From NCBI GenBank assembly GCA_045638785.1, contig JAZUBW010000076.1:1-55357 (forward strand): DNA of 55,357 nucleotides. The letters run 5' to 3'. Below the pieces are notes generated by a model. The model was given only the letters and a program-made list of their open reading frames with translations. It made no database searches and was not told the DNA's origin. Positions 25,880 through 36,613 of the stretch are shown here, one piece after another. The stretch's first letter is position 1. Each line of letters starts with the position of its first letter. A program made the position numbers and the translations under genes. The stretch is from Faecousia sp. (GTDB lineage Bacteria; Bacillota; Clostridia; Oscillospirales; Oscillospiraceae).

Positions 25880-26608
25880 TTGTCCCAAATCAAATATAAG
25901 CGTGTGCTGCTGAAGGTCAGTGGCGAGGCGCTGGGTGAAAAGACCGCCGCCGGCGACGGTTTCGGTCTGGATTTTGCGAAAGTCAAAGAGGTCTGCGCAT
26001 CCATTAAGGAGTGCGTGGATATGGGCGTACAGGTAGGCCTGGTCATTGGTGGCGGCAATTTCTGGCGCGGTGTCAAAAATGGCTCCGGCAAGATGCAGCG
26101 CAGCCACGCCGATGCCATGGGCATGCTGGCTACGGTTATGAACGCCATTGCCGTGGCGGATGCGCTGGAGCAGTTTGGCCTGGATGCCCGGGTACTTACC
26201 GCTGTGGAAATGCACAAGTTCGCTGAGTATTTTACCCGCGATACGGCAAACCGCTACCTCAACGAGGGCAAGGTGGTCATTTTCGCCGCCGGCACCGGCA
26301 ACCCCTATTTCTCCACCGACACCGGTGCGGTGCTGCGTGGCGTGGAGATCGAGGCGGATGCAGTGCTGATGGCAAAGAATGTGGATGCCATCTATTCCGC
26401 TGACCCCAAGAAGGACCCCAATGCCATTCGCTATACCCACCTGACCTATAATGAGGTTTTGGAAAAGGGCCTGAAGGCCACCGATGTGACCGCAATGGCT
26501 TTGGCTATGGATAACAATATGCCCATGGTCTGCTTTGGCCTGGCAGAAGAAAACAGTATTTTGCGTGTGGTGCGTGGCGAGGCCATCGGTACCACCGTTA
26601 CAAACTAA
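25880..26608 (+). CDS. pyrH: UMP kinase
   Basis: YKRVLLKVSGEAL, GGGNFWRG, GTGNPYFSTDT; TTG start. Confidence 0.97.
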   Translation: MSQIKYKRVLLKVSGEALGEKTAAGDGFGLDFAKVKEVCASIKECVDMGVQVGLVIGGGNFWRGVKNGSGKMQRSHADAMGMLATVMNAIAVADALEQFGLDARVLTAVEMHKFAEYFTRDTANRYLNEGKVVIFAAGTGNPYFSTDTGAVLRGVEIEADAVLMAKNVDAIYSADPKKDPNAIRYTHLTYNEVLEKGLKATDVTAMALAMDNNMPMVCFGLAEENSILRVVRGEAIGTTVTN

Positions 26609-26626
26609 ACTTAGGAGGACAAGAAG

Positions 26627-27181
26627 ATGCCCGTAGATTTTAAGGATTATGCAAGAAGAATGGACAAGGCTCTGGAGCACCTGGAAGAGGAGTTCGGCGC
26701 TGTCCGTGCCGGTCGTGCCAACCCCAAGGTTCTTGACCGCATTACTGTGGAATACTATGGCAGCGAAACCGCTCTGAACGGCGTTGCCACCATCTCTTCT
26801 CCCGATGCCCGCACCCTGGTGATCCAGCCCTGGGACACCAAGCTCCTGAAGGACATCCAGAAGGCCATTCAGACCAGCGATCTGGGCATCAATCCCCAGA
26901 ACGACGGCCGTGTCATCCGCCTGACCTTCCCCATGCTGACCGAGGATCGCCGTAAGGAACTGGTCAAGCAGGTCAAGAAGTACGCTGAGGATGCAAAGGT
27001 CGCTATGCGTAACATCCGCCGTGACGGTATGGACTATGTCAAGAAGCTGAAGAAGAACTCCGAGATCACCGAGGACGACCAGAAGAAGGCAGAAAAGGAT
27101 CTGCAGGATCTGCTGGACAAGATGATCAAGAAGGTAGACGAAGCCACCGCTGCCAAGGAAAAGGAACTGATGGCTCTGTAA
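26627..27181 (+). CDS. frr: Ribosome recycling factor
   Basis: VRAGRANP, SDLGINPQNDG, LTEDRRKELVK. Confidence 0.98.
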   Translation: MPVDFKDYARRMDKALEHLEEEFGAVRAGRANPKVLDRITVEYYGSETALNGVATISSPDARTLVIQPWDTKLLKDIQKAIQTSDLGINPQNDGRVIRLTFPMLTEDRRKELVKQVKKYAEDAKVAMRNIRRDGMDYVKKLKKNSEITEDDQKKAEKDLQDLLDKMIKKVDEATAAKEKELMAL

Positions 27182-27192
27182 TTTTGCAAACA

Positions 27193-27217
27193 GTAGGGGA
27201 GGGGCGATGCCCCTCCC
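27193..27217. repeat. GTAG-type REP palindrome
   Basis: GTAGGGGAGGGGCGATGCCCCTCCC. Confidence 0.7.
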
Positions 27218-27272
27218 ATCATCGCATAGTAGGGAGCATCCTCCCCATCCCGATAAAAAGTGAGGTGCAAAT

Positions 27273-27989
27273 ATGGCACTTTCTGAAAAATTGCCTGTAC
27301 CGCAGCATATTGCCATCATCATGGATGGCAACGGACGGTGGGCAAAGCAGCGTGGCCTCAAGCGGAATGCCGGTCACAAGGCCGGTGCGGAGACCTTCCG
27401 CCGCATTGCCGCCCACTGCAACGATCTGGGCGTAAAATATCTGACAGTCTACGCCTTCTCCACGGAGAATTGGAAGCGCACTGAGGAAGAGGTCAGCGGC
27501 ATTATGCTGCTTTTGGAAAACTATCTGAAGGAAGCGCTGAAGGATATGCAGAAAAATCATATCCGTTTCCGCTTTTTCGGTGACCTGTCCCGCCTGAGTC
27601 CCGGCTTACAGAAGCTCTGCCGGCAGACCATGGAAGCCTCTGATGATTATAACGAAGTGCAGGTCAATATTTGTTTGAATTATGGCGGCCGGGATGAGAT
27701 CATCCGGGCTGTCAAGCGCTATGCTGCCGATGTGGCGGCCGGTAAGCGGGACCCTGCCGACTTGACCGAATTTGAATTTGAAAACTATCTGGACTCTGCC
27801 GGTGTGCCGGATCCGGAGTTGGTGATCCGACCCTCCGGTGAGCTGCGGACCAGCAACTTCCTTGCATGGCAGAGTGCTTATTCCGAATATGTATTTATGG
27901 ATGTGCTGTGGCCCGATTTCTCCGCAGAGCATCTGGATATGGCCATCGAGGAATTTCACCGGCGTAACCGGCGTTTTGGAGGGGTGTAA
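27273..27989 (+). CDS. uppS: Undecaprenyl diphosphate synthase
   Basis: HIAIIMDGNGRWA, YAFSTENWKR, IRPSGELRTSNFL. Confidence 0.97.
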   Translation: MALSEKLPVPQHIAIIMDGNGRWAKQRGLKRNAGHKAGAETFRRIAAHCNDLGVKYLTVYAFSTENWKRTEEEVSGIMLLLENYLKEALKDMQKNHIRFRFFGDLSRLSPGLQKLCRQTMEASDDYNEVQVNICLNYGGRDEIIRAVKRYAADVAAGKRDPADLTEFEFENYLDSAGVPDPELVIRPSGELRTSNFLAWQSAYSEYVFMDVLWPDFSAEHLDMAIEEFHRRNRRFGGV

Positions 27990-27992
27990 ACA

Positions 27993-28805
27993 ATGAAAAC
28001 CCGAATTCTGGCAGCCCTTGTGCTGGTGCCAGTGCTGATTGTGGCGCTGCTGTTGGCACCGTCCTTCGTGGCGGCGGCAGTGGTGGGCCTGATGTGCGGC
28101 ATCGCATCTTATGAACTGCTATACCGCACAGGCCTGGTGAAAAATGCACGTCTGAATGTGTATTCTGCGGTCATGGCCTTTGCCGTTTCCGCCTGGAGCT
28201 ACTATGGCTGTCCTTATGCACCGGCCATGGTGGGCGTGTTTGTGTATGCAACACTGCTGTTTTTGGAGATGCTGGCATCGAATTTGAAGCTGAAGCTCAC
28301 CGAAACCGCTGTTTGCTTATTCTCCGGCATCCTGCTGCCCTTCCTGCTGACCGCCCTGGTGCGGATCCGGATGATGCCCAGCGGTAAGGTCCTACTCTTT
28401 ATTCCATTTTTGATGGCATTTTTGTCGGATACCGGCGCCTATTTTGTGGGCATCACCCTGGGCAAGCACCGCCTTTGCCCGGTCATCAGCCCCAAAAAGT
28501 CTGTCGAAGGCTTCATCGGCGGTATTATCACTGCCGTGCTGGGCATGCTGCTGTTTGCCTTCCTGGTGCAGCGCTTTGCCATGCTGCAGGTAAACTACTG
28601 GCTGTGCCTGGTTTATGGCCTTCTGGGCTCTGTGGCAGGCGTGATGGGTGATTTGAGTATGTCTGTCATCAAGCGCCAGGCCGGTATCAAGGACTATGGT
28701 AATCTGATTCCTGGTCATGGCGGCATTTTGGACCGTTTTGATTCTGTGATGATCACAGCTCCGCTGACGGAAGCGTTGCTGCTGCTCATCCCCTTTGTGG
28801 TGTAA
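27993..28805 (+). CDS. cdsA: Phosphatidate cytidylyltransferase
   Basis: SDTGAYFVG, ISPKKSVEG, IKDYGNLIPGHGGILDRFDS. Confidence 0.97.
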   Translation: MKTRILAALVLVPVLIVALLLAPSFVAAAVVGLMCGIASYELLYRTGLVKNARLNVYSAVMAFAVSAWSYYGCPYAPAMVGVFVYATLLFLEMLASNLKLKLTETAVCLFSGILLPFLLTALVRIRMMPSGKVLLFIPFLMAFLSDTGAYFVGITLGKHRLCPVISPKKSVEGFIGGIITAVLGMLLFAFLVQRFAMLQVNYWLCLVYGLLGSVAGVMGDLSMSVIKRQAGIKDYGNLIPGHGGILDRFDSVMITAPLTEALLLLIPFVV

Positions 28806-28808
28806 ATT

Positions 28809-29957
28809 ATGGTGAATTGTGTTTCAATTTTAGGCTCCACCGGCTCCATCGGCCGTCAGAGCCTGGATATTATCAGCCGCATGGAGGGCGTCCGTGTGGC
28901 AGCGCTGACTGCCGGTACCAATGTAGACCGGATGCTGGAGCAGTGCCAGCAGTTCCAGCCGGAGCTGGCGGTCATGGCCACCCAGGAAGCTGCACTGGAA
29001 CTGAAGTCCCGCATCGGCGATCTGCCTGTGCGGATCCGCTATGGTGAAGGCGGCCTGGAAGAGGCAGCCACCCTGGCAGGGGTAGACTGCATCATCACTG
29101 CCGTGGTGGGCATGGTGGGCCTAAAGCCGACCCTGGCTGCTATCCGTGCCGGTAAGCGCATCGGCCTTGCCAACAAGGAGACCCTGGTCTGCGCCGGTGA
29201 ACTGGTGATGGCAGAAGCAGAAAAGTATGGCGCACAGATTGTGCCTGTTGACTCGGAGCATTCTGCAATCTTCCAGTGCCTTATGGGCTCCCATAGCCCT
29301 GCAGAGGTGGAGAAGATCATCCTGACCTGCTCCGGCGGCCCTTTCTTTGGCAAGAATCGGGAGGAATTGGCCTCCATGACCAAGGCCGACGCGCTGCGGC
29401 ATCCCAACTGGAAGATGGGTCCCAAGATCACTGTGGACTGCGCCACTTTGATGAATAAGGGCCTGGAAGTCATCGAAGCCATGCGGCTGTACCGTCTGCC
29501 CCTGGAAAAGGTGGAAGTGGTGATTCATCGGCAGAGCATCATTCATTCTATGGTAGAATTTGTCGATGGCGCAGTGATGGCGCAGATGGGTACGCCGGAT
29601 ATGCGTCTGCCCATCCAGCTGGCGCTGACCTACCCGGAGCGGACGAACTGCCCCGTGGATAAGCTGGATCTGCTGACCTGTGGCAGTTTGACCTTCCACA
29701 AGCCGGATCTGGAGGCATTCCCTTGTCTGCGGCTTGCTATGGATTGCGCAAAACGTGGCGGCAATATCTGCGCTGCCATGAACGGTGCCAACGAGGAAGC
29801 GGTGGCCCTGTTCCTGGCTGACAAGATCGGCTTCTATGACATTTATGACTTGGTCTCCGGTGCGGTGGCTGCGGCGGAATTTATCCCCGAGCCTACGCTG
29901 GAGCAAATTCTGGAGACCGATCGCCTGGCACGTAGCTACGTGCAGACCAATCATTGA
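28809..29957 (+). CDS. dxr: 1-deoxy-D-xylulose-5-phosphate reductoisomerase
   Basis: ILGSTGSIG, LANKETLV, PVDSEHSAIFQ, HPNWKMGPKIT. Confidence 0.98.
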   Translation: MVNCVSILGSTGSIGRQSLDIISRMEGVRVAALTAGTNVDRMLEQCQQFQPELAVMATQEAALELKSRIGDLPVRIRYGEGGLEEAATLAGVDCIITAVVGMVGLKPTLAAIRAGKRIGLANKETLVCAGELVMAEAEKYGAQIVPVDSEHSAIFQCLMGSHSPAEVEKIILTCSGGPFFGKNREELASMTKADALRHPNWKMGPKITVDCATLMNKGLEVIEAMRLYRLPLEKVEVVIHRQSIIHSMVEFVDGAVMAQMGTPDMRLPIQLALTYPERTNCPVDKLDLLTCGSLTFHKPDLEAFPCLRLAMDCAKRGGNICAAMNGANEEAVALFLADKIGFYDIYDLVSGAVAAAEFIPEPTLEQILETDRLARSYVQTNH

Positions 29958-29972
29958 TTTTTGAGGATATCT

Positions 29973-31043
29973 ATGGGTACAATTTTCAGCATTCTCTTTG
30001 CAATTCTCATTTTTTCTTTTCTGATCTTCATCCATGAGTTCGGCCATTTCATCACCGCCAAACTCTCCGGGGTGCAGGTCAACGAATTTTCCATGTTCAT
30101 GGGCCCTGCTATTTGGAAGAAGCAGAAAGGGGAGACCCTGTATTCCATCCGCTGCATCCCCATCGGTGGCTACTGTGCCATGGAGGGCGAGGATACGGAT
30201 ACGGAAAATCCCCGCTCCTTCCAGAAGGCTGTCTGGTGGAAGCGGCTGTGCATTCTGCTGGCTGGTGCGTTCATGAACTTTGTGGCAGGCATTCTGATTT
30301 TGTGCATTGTCTATGCTCCTGCCAAGGGCTACCTGGCCCCTGTGATCTCCTCTTTTGAGGACTATGCCACGGTTGATGACTACGGCCTGCAGCTGGGTGA
30401 CGAGATCGTGGAGATCGACGGCAGCAAGATTCTGCTGATGAACGATGTTTCCATGTTGCTGACCCTCAATCCCGGTGACTATCATGACCTGGTCATTGAG
30501 CGGGACGGCCAGCGCATCGTCCTGGATAATTTCCATCTGGAGCGTCACGAAGTGCCCCTGGAGGACGGCAGCACGGCCCTGCGCTGCGGCTTCTCCTATG
30601 GCGAGGCTGTGACCTTTGACCTGGGCAGCAAGCTGCAGTATATTGGATTTACGGCTGTGGACTGGGTCCGTACCGTGGGCTGGAGCCTGGAAATGCTCTT
30701 CACCGGTAAAGCTGGCCTTGCGGATATGAGTGGCCCTGTGGGTATTGTGGGCCAGATGAGTGATGTGGCTGCTTCCTCCGAAACGGTGTGGGATGCCCTG
30801 CTGAATCTGCTGTATTTTGGCGCCTTTATCGCCATTAACCTGGGCGTTATGAACCTGCTGCCCATCCCTGCCCTGGACGGCGGCCGTGCGGTGGCCCTGC
30901 TGCTGACCACCGGTGTGGAAGCCATCATCGGCAGGAAAATAGATCCCAAGTACGAGGGCTATCTGCATGGCGCTGGCATGATCCTGCTGCTGCTTTTGAT
31001 GGCGGTGATCATGTTCAAGGACGTAATTTTCCTGTTTAAGTGA
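29973..31043 (+). CDS. rseP: RIP metalloprotease RseP
   Basis: HEFGHF, PDZ domain, NLLPIPALDGG. Confidence 0.95.
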   Translation: MGTIFSILFAILIFSFLIFIHEFGHFITAKLSGVQVNEFSMFMGPAIWKKQKGETLYSIRCIPIGGYCAMEGEDTDTENPRSFQKAVWWKRLCILLAGAFMNFVAGILILCIVYAPAKGYLAPVISSFEDYATVDDYGLQLGDEIVEIDGSKILLMNDVSMLLTLNPGDYHDLVIERDGQRIVLDNFHLERHEVPLEDGSTALRCGFSYGEAVTFDLGSKLQYIGFTAVDWVRTVGWSLEMLFTGKAGLADMSGPVGIVGQMSDVAASSETVWDALLNLLYFGAFIAINLGVMNLLPIPALDGGRAVALLLTTGVEAIIGRKIDPKYEGYLHGAGMILLLLLMAVIMFKDVIFLFK

Positions 31044-31092
31044 TAAATTTTCGTGTAGGACAGCTTGTCCTGCGGAGGAAAGAGAGGTTACT

Positions 31093-32130
31093 ATGACCAG
31101 ACAAATTCTTGTTGGCGATATTCCCATTGGCGGTGGTGCCCCGATTGTGATCCAATCTATGCTCAATACCAAGACTACGGATGTTGCCGGTTCTCTTTCC
31201 CAGATCCGCCAGCTGGCCGCTGCCGGCTGTCAGATCGCCCGGCTGGCTGTTCCCAATATGGAGGCTGCCCGTGGCTTTGCCGAGATTTGCAAGGAAAGCC
31301 CTCTGCCGCTGGTGGCGGACATTCATTTTGACTATAAGCTGGCCATCGCAGCCGCAGAAGGCGGTGCTTCCAAGATCCGCATTAACCCCGGCAACATCGG
31401 CGGTGAGGATCGGGTCAAAGCTGTTGTGGATGTTTGTAAGGATAAGAAAATCCCCATCCGCATCGGCGTCAATGGTGGCAGCCTGGAGCAGAATCTGCTG
31501 GAAAAGTACGGCCATCCTACGGCCGAAGCTCTGGTGGAAAGCGCCTTTGGTCACTTGGAACTGCTGGAAAAGTTTGGCTTCTATGACACCTGTCTGTCCA
31601 TGAAATCCTCCACCGTTCCCACCATGGTAGCCGCCTGCCGCCTGTTCCGGGAAAAGTGCGATTACCCTCTGCACATCGGCGTGACGGAGACCGGCCCCGT
31701 GAAGCAGGGCCTCATCAAGTCCGCTATGGGCATTGGTGCCCTGCTGCTGGATGGCATCGGCGACACCATCCGTGTCAGCCTCACTGATGACCCCGTGGAA
31801 GAGGTCTATGCCGCAAAGGACATTCTGAAGGCCGCCGGTCTGCGCAAGGAAGGCGTGAACATCATTTCTTGTCCCACCTGCGGCCGTACCCGCATCGACC
31901 TGATCGGCTTGGTCAACCAGGTAGACCAGACTCTGAAAAATTGCGAAAAGCCCATTACCGTGGCGGTCATGGGCTGTGTCGTCAATGGCCCCGGCGAAGC
32001 CCGGGAGGCCGATATCGGCATCGCTGGCGGCGACGGTTGGGGTATGATCTTTGAAAAGGGTGTCCAGGTGGAAAAACTGCCTTATGACGAACTTCTGCCT
32101 GCCTTGCTGGAGCGGATTAGTAAGATGTAA
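31093..32130 (+). CDS. ispG: HMBPP synthase
   Basis: PLVADIHFD, IRINPGNIG, CPTCGR, VMGCVVNGPGEA. Confidence 0.98.
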   Translation: MTRQILVGDIPIGGGAPIVIQSMLNTKTTDVAGSLSQIRQLAAAGCQIARLAVPNMEAARGFAEICKESPLPLVADIHFDYKLAIAAAEGGASKIRINPGNIGGEDRVKAVVDVCKDKKIPIRIGVNGGSLEQNLLEKYGHPTAEALVESAFGHLELLEKFGFYDTCLSMKSSTVPTMVAACRLFREKCDYPLHIGVTETGPVKQGLIKSAMGIGALLLDGIGDTIRVSLTDDPVEEVYAAKDILKAAGLRKEGVNIISCPTCGRTRIDLIGLVNQVDQTLKNCEKPITVAVMGCVVNGPGEAREADIGIAGGDGWGMIFEKGVQVEKLPYDELLPALLERISKM

Positions 32131-32137
32131 AATGATA

Positions 32138-32247
32138 TGTCATTGCGAACCAGTCCGCAGACTGCTGTGGCAATCCCGTGGATTTCCAGGGTTGCCAGAA
32201 ACTTTTGGGGATTCCCACGCCAGTGAGCGCACTGGCTCGGAATGACA
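32138..32247. repeat. 110-bp palindromic intergenic element (REP/MITE-like)
   Basis: TGTCATTGCGAACCAGT...GTGGCAATCCC left arm and GGGATTCCCAC...ACTGGCTCGGAATGACA right arm. Confidence 0.7.
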
Positions 32248-32263
32248 GCATATGAGGTAACCA

Positions 32264-35200
32264 ATGAAAGAACAAGTCTTTTTTCTGAATATGTTTCCGG
32301 ATTACGAGCCGCCTGAGGAGCTGTTTGATGCCCTTTCTCAGGCGGCTATCGTTGCTGCCGATATTGACCCGGCTGCCCGTCGTGTCGATGTGGCGGTCTT
32401 TGCCGAGCGCTACATTCCCCAGCGCTGCCTGGATACAGTGGCCCGGGAGATTCAAAGCGCTTACGGCCTAAAAACGCTGTCTATTACGGCTACCCACCCG
32501 GCTGCGGAGCTGCAGCGTGTTGAAACAGCGGAATTGATGGCACTGTTTGTCCGGGAAAACTCCATGAATCGGGGCGCACTTGCCGGCGCGACCTACGAAT
32601 GGGAAGGGGAAAAACTCCACATTCGACTGCTGGGTAATGGTGTGCAGCAGCTGCAGGAGGCTGTTGCAGCGGTGTGCCGGAACTTGCGTGAGCGTTTTGC
32701 CACGCCTGTGAGCATCGAACTTCACGCCGGTCAGGCCCTGGAAGGAAAGGCCCTCTTTGAGGCCATGGAAAAAATACGTGGATCCATCATCGAACACCGA
32801 CCGGTGGCCGAAGCACCCAAGAAGGTGGCTACCCAGCCCGAAAGCCAGGCCTTCTATGGCAAGCCCATCAAACTGCCGCCAACGTCTATGCAGGATGTGA
32901 CCCTGGATATGGGCGCTGTGGTTGTTGAGGGTCGGGTCTTTGCGGTAGACCATAAGGAACTGAAAAAGCGCAACGCCTGGGTCATCAGCTTTGATATGAC
33001 CGACAATTACGGCTCTGTCCGTGTCAACCGCTTTATGGAAGCGAATGAAGCCAAGCCCATTTTGGAGAATGTGAAGGTTGGCGCTGTTTTGAAGGTCCAG
33101 GGCAAGCCCGAGCTGAACCGATACGATAATGAGATGGTGCTCAAGCCCTTTGCCATGCAGCCCGGTTCCATGCCCAAGCGCAAGGATACTGCCGAGGGAA
33201 TGAAGCGTGTGGAGCTGCACCTGCATACGGCTATGTCCAATATGGACGCGCTGACCTCCACCAAGGCTGCCATCAAGCAGGCGGCTGCCTGGGGTCACCG
33301 TGCCATTGCCATTACCGACCATGGCTGCTGCCAAAGCTTCACCGATGCGCTGCATGTGGTGGAAGACTGGAAGGGAGCCCCCAAGGTGGCCGGCACCGAT
33401 GAGACCATCAAGATCCTCTATGGCTGCGAGGGCTACTATGTCAACGATGTGGACGACCGCATCGTGGTTCATGGCCAGCAGGATATGGATTTTAGCGAAG
33501 AATTTGTTGCCTTCGACCTGGAAACCACCGGCCTCAGCTCCAAAAATGACCGCATCATCGAGATCGGCGCCGTGATTATGAAAAACGGCCAGGAGATCGA
33601 CCGGTTCCAGACCTTCGTCGATCCCGGTCGAAAGCTGGAAAAGAAGATCGTGGATCTGACGGGCATTACCGACGAGATGTTGGTGGGTGCACCCTGTATT
33701 GAGGAAGTGCTGCCAAAATTCATCGAATTTGTGGGTGACCGTGTGCTGGTGGCCCATAATGCGGACTTCGATACCGGCTTCGTTCGGGAAGAATGTGCCC
33801 GCCAGGGCATGCCTTATCCCTTTACTTCCGCCGATACCTTGATCCTGTCCCAAAATCTGCTGCAGCATCTGAACAAGTTTAAGCTGGATATTGTGGCAAA
33901 TGCCCTGAGCTTGCCGGAATTCAATCACCATCGGGCCGGCGACGATGCTCTGACCTGCGGACTCATCATGGCCCGGCTGATGCATCAGCTGGAGGAGGAA
34001 CATGGGATCCATAGTTTGCAGCAGATCAATTTTGCCATGCAGGGCCTTCGTGCCGGTGGCAGGATCAAAGATCGCCAGGCCCGCCATATCATCCTCTTTG
34101 CCAAGAACCAGTTGGGCCTGCGGAATCTCTACCATCTGATCTCCGATGCCAACCTCAAATATTTCAAGCGCGTACCCCGTATTCCCAAATCCGAGTTGAT
34201 GCGGCTGCGGGAAGGCCTTATCATCGGCTCTGCCTGTGAGGCCGGCGAGCTGTTCCAGGCCATTTTGGACAAAAAGAGCGACGATGAACTCAAGCGTATC
34301 GCCTCCTTCTATGATTTCCTGGAGATCCAGCCCCTGGCCAACAACCGTTTCATGCTGGATAACGAAAAGTATGCGGCAAAGACCGACGAAGATCTGCGGG
34401 AGTATAACCGCAAGATCGTCCGTTTGGGCGAAGAACTGGACAAAATGGTGGTTGCCACCGGCGACGTCCACTTCCTCAATCCAGAGGACGAGATCTACCG
34501 CCATATTCTGCTGGCTACCAAGGGCTTTGAGGATGCTGATAAGCCCATGCCCCTGTATTTCCGCACCACCGATGATATGCTAAGGGAATTTGCATACCTG
34601 GGTGAAGAAAAGGCCTACGAAGTGGTCGTCACAAATCCCAACCGCATTACCGATATGTGCGAGACTATTCGTCCCGTGCCTCATAACCTGTTTGCTCCTG
34701 CCATCGAAAACTCGGTGGAGGATCTGAAGGACCTGGTCTACGGCAAACTTCACAGGCTGTACGGTGACAATCCGCCCAAAATGTTTGTAGACCGTGTGGA
34801 AACGGAGCTGCATGACATCATTTCCTGTCACTACGATGTGATCTATATGTCCGCCCAGCGCCTGGTGCAAAATAGCCTGGAAAACGGCTACCTGGTTGGC
34901 TCCCGTGGCTCCGTTGGCTCATCCATTGTTGCCTTCATGTCGGGCATCACGGAGGTTAACTCCTTCCCGCCCCATTACCGCTGTCCCAATCCTGATTGCA
35001 AGCATACCATTTTGGATGTGCCCAAGGAATATAACTGCGGTGCGGACCTGCCGGATATGGCTTGCCCGCTTTGCGGTGCTCAGCTGGAAAAGGACGGCTT
35101 CAATATTCCCTTTGAAACCTTCCTGGGCTTCGGTGGCGACAAGGTACCGGATATCGACCTGAACTTCTCCGGTGAATACCAGGCAGAAGCCCACAAGTAC

Positions 35201-36574
35201 TGTATCTCCATGTTCGGATCTTCCCATGTTTTCCGTGCCGGCACCATCGGCACCGTGGCGGAAAAGACCGCCTTCGGCTATGTGAAGAAGTACATGCAGG
35301 AGCGGAATAAGACCGCCTCCAAGGCAGAGGAAGCCCGCCTTGCATCCGGCTGTGTGGGTGTGCGCCGTACCACGGGCCAGCATCCCGGCGGCCTGGTGGT
35401 CATTCCCCAGGAAAACGAGATTTGGGATTTTTGCCCGGTGCAGCATCCGGCCGATGACCCCAATTCCGATCAGATCACCACCCATTTCGAGTACCACTCC
35501 ATGGAGGAGAACCTGCTGAAACTGGATATGCTGGGCCATGATGACCCCACCATGATCCGCATGATGGAGGACATGACCGGCGTGGATGCCAAGACCATTC
35601 CTCTGGATGACAAGGGTACCATGTCCATCTTTACCACATCCAAGATCCTTGGTTACGAGAACAACGAATTGCTGGGTCCTACCGGCGCCGTGGGTGTGCC
35701 GGAGTTCAATACCCGCTTCACCCGTGGTGTTTTGCTGGATACCCTGCCGGACAAGTTTGACTTTCTGGTGCGAATCTGCGGCTACACCCACGGCACAGAT
35801 GTGTGGCTGGGCAACGCCAAGGATCTCATCAACTCCAAAACCGCCACGGTGGACCAGACCATCGGTGCCCGTGACGATATCATGCTCTACCTCATTTCCT
35901 GCGGCATGCCGGATAAGCGGGCCTTCAAGATCATGGAGTCGGTCCGTAAGGGCAAGGGCCTTCCTCCCGGAGCAGAGGAGGAGATGGTGGCAGCCGGTGT
36001 GCCGGATTGGTATATTGGTTCCTGCAAGAAGATCAAGTACCTGTTCCCCAAGGCCCATGCCGTTGCCTATTGCATGATGGCCTTCCGTATCGCCTGGTTC
36101 AAGGTTTATCATCCCCTGGCCTTCTATGCGGCCTATTTCTATCGCCGCAGCCAGAAGGGCGGCTTCGATGCCAGCCTCATGATGGGCGGCCTGGAAAAGG
36201 TGCTGGCCAATATCCAGGCCATCCACAACAACGAGGACGCCACCGCCAAGGACGAAGACCTGCTGACGACCTTGGAAGTGGTGTATGAGTTCTATCTTCG
36301 TGGCTTTGACTTTGCGCCTATTGACATTTATAAGAGCCATGCCACCAAGTTCCAAATCGTGGACGGTAAGATCTTGCCACCTTTCGTGGCCATTTCCGGC
36401 CTGGGCGAAAGTGCCGCCTGGGACATTATGGAAGGCAGGGAAGGCAAGGAGTTCCTTTCCATTGAAGAATTCTCCGCTGCCTGCCCCAAGGTCTCCAAGA
36501 CCCACTTGCAGATGCTGAAAGAAGCCGGTGCCTTCGGCGACCTGCCGGATACCAGCCAGGTCAGTCTGTTCTAA
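32264..36574 (+). CDS. polC: DNA polymerase III PolC
   Basis: PHP RVELHLHT, exonuclease FDLETTG, GSRGSVGSS, KVPDIDLNFSG, YLFPKAHA. Confidence 0.98.
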   Translation: MKEQVFFLNMFPDYEPPEELFDALSQAAIVAADIDPAARRVDVAVFAERYIPQRCLDTVAREIQSAYGLKTLSITATHPAAELQRVETAELMALFVRENSMNRGALAGATYEWEGEKLHIRLLGNGVQQLQEAVAAVCRNLRERFATPVSIELHAGQALEGKALFEAMEKIRGSIIEHRPVAEAPKKVATQPESQAFYGKPIKLPPTSMQDVTLDMGAVVVEGRVFAVDHKELKKRNAWVISFDMTDNYGSVRVNRFMEANEAKPILENVKVGAVLKVQGKPELNRYDNEMVLKPFAMQPGSMPKRKDTAEGMKRVELHLHTAMSNMDALTSTKAAIKQAAAWGHRAIAITDHGCCQSFTDALHVVEDWKGAPKVAGTDETIKILYGCEGYYVNDVDDRIVVHGQQDMDFSEEFVAFDLETTGLSSKNDRIIEIGAVIMKNGQEIDRFQTFVDPGRKLEKKIVDLTGITDEMLVGAPCIEEVLPKFIEFVGDRVLVAHNADFDTGFVREECARQGMPYPFTSADTLILSQNLLQHLNKFKLDIVANALSLPEFNHHRAGDDALTCGLIMARLMHQLEEEHGIHSLQQINFAMQGLRAGGRIKDRQARHIILFAKNQLGLRNLYHLISDANLKYFKRVPRIPKSELMRLREGLIIGSACEAGELFQAILDKKSDDELKRIASFYDFLEIQPLANNRFMLDNEKYAAKTDEDLREYNRKIVRLGEELDKMVVATGDVHFLNPEDEIYRHILLATKGFEDADKPMPLYFRTTDDMLREFAYLGEEKAYEVVVTNPNRITDMCETIRPVPHNLFAPAIENSVEDLKDLVYGKLHRLYGDNPPKMFVDRVETELHDIISCHYDVIYMSAQRLVQNSLENGYLVGSRGSVGSSIVAFMSGITEVNSFPPHYRCPNPDCKHTILDVPKEYNCGADLPDMACPLCGAQLEKDGFNIPFETFLGFGGDKVPDIDLNFSGEYQAEAHKYCISMFGSSHVFRAGTIGTVAEKTAFGYVKKYMQERNKTASKAEEARLASGCVGVRRTTGQHPGGLVVIPQENEIWDFCPVQHPADDPNSDQITTHFEYHSMEENLLKLDMLGHDDPTMIRMMEDMTGVDAKTIPLDDKGTMSIFTTSKILGYENNELLGPTGAVGVPEFNTRFTRGVLLDTLPDKFDFLVRICGYTHGTDVWLGNAKDLINSKTATVDQTIGARDDIMLYLISCGMPDKRAFKIMESVRKGKGLPPGAEEEMVAAGVPDWYIGSCKKIKYLFPKAHAVAYCMMAFRIAWFKVYHPLAFYAAYFYRRSQKGGFDASLMMGGLEKVLANIQAIHNNEDATAKDEDLLTTLEVVYEFYLRGFDFAPIDIYKSHATKFQIVDGKILPPFVAISGLGESAAWDIMEGREGKEFLSIEEFSAACPKVSKTHLQMLKEAGAFGDLPDTSQVSLF

Positions 36575-36577
36575 ATG

Positions 36578-36611
36578 AAAATCCCTCTGTGATGTTCACA
36601 GAGGGATTTTT
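36578..36611. terminator. Bidirectional terminator between polC and degV
   Basis: AAAATCCCTCTGTGA-TGT-TCACAGAGGGATTTT. Confidence 0.85.
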
Positions 36612-36613
36612 CG

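Noticed and set aside
32264-36574. Intein or intron in polC
   Set aside because: 1436 aa is ordinary for PolC, the motifs are contiguous and no splicing motifs were seen
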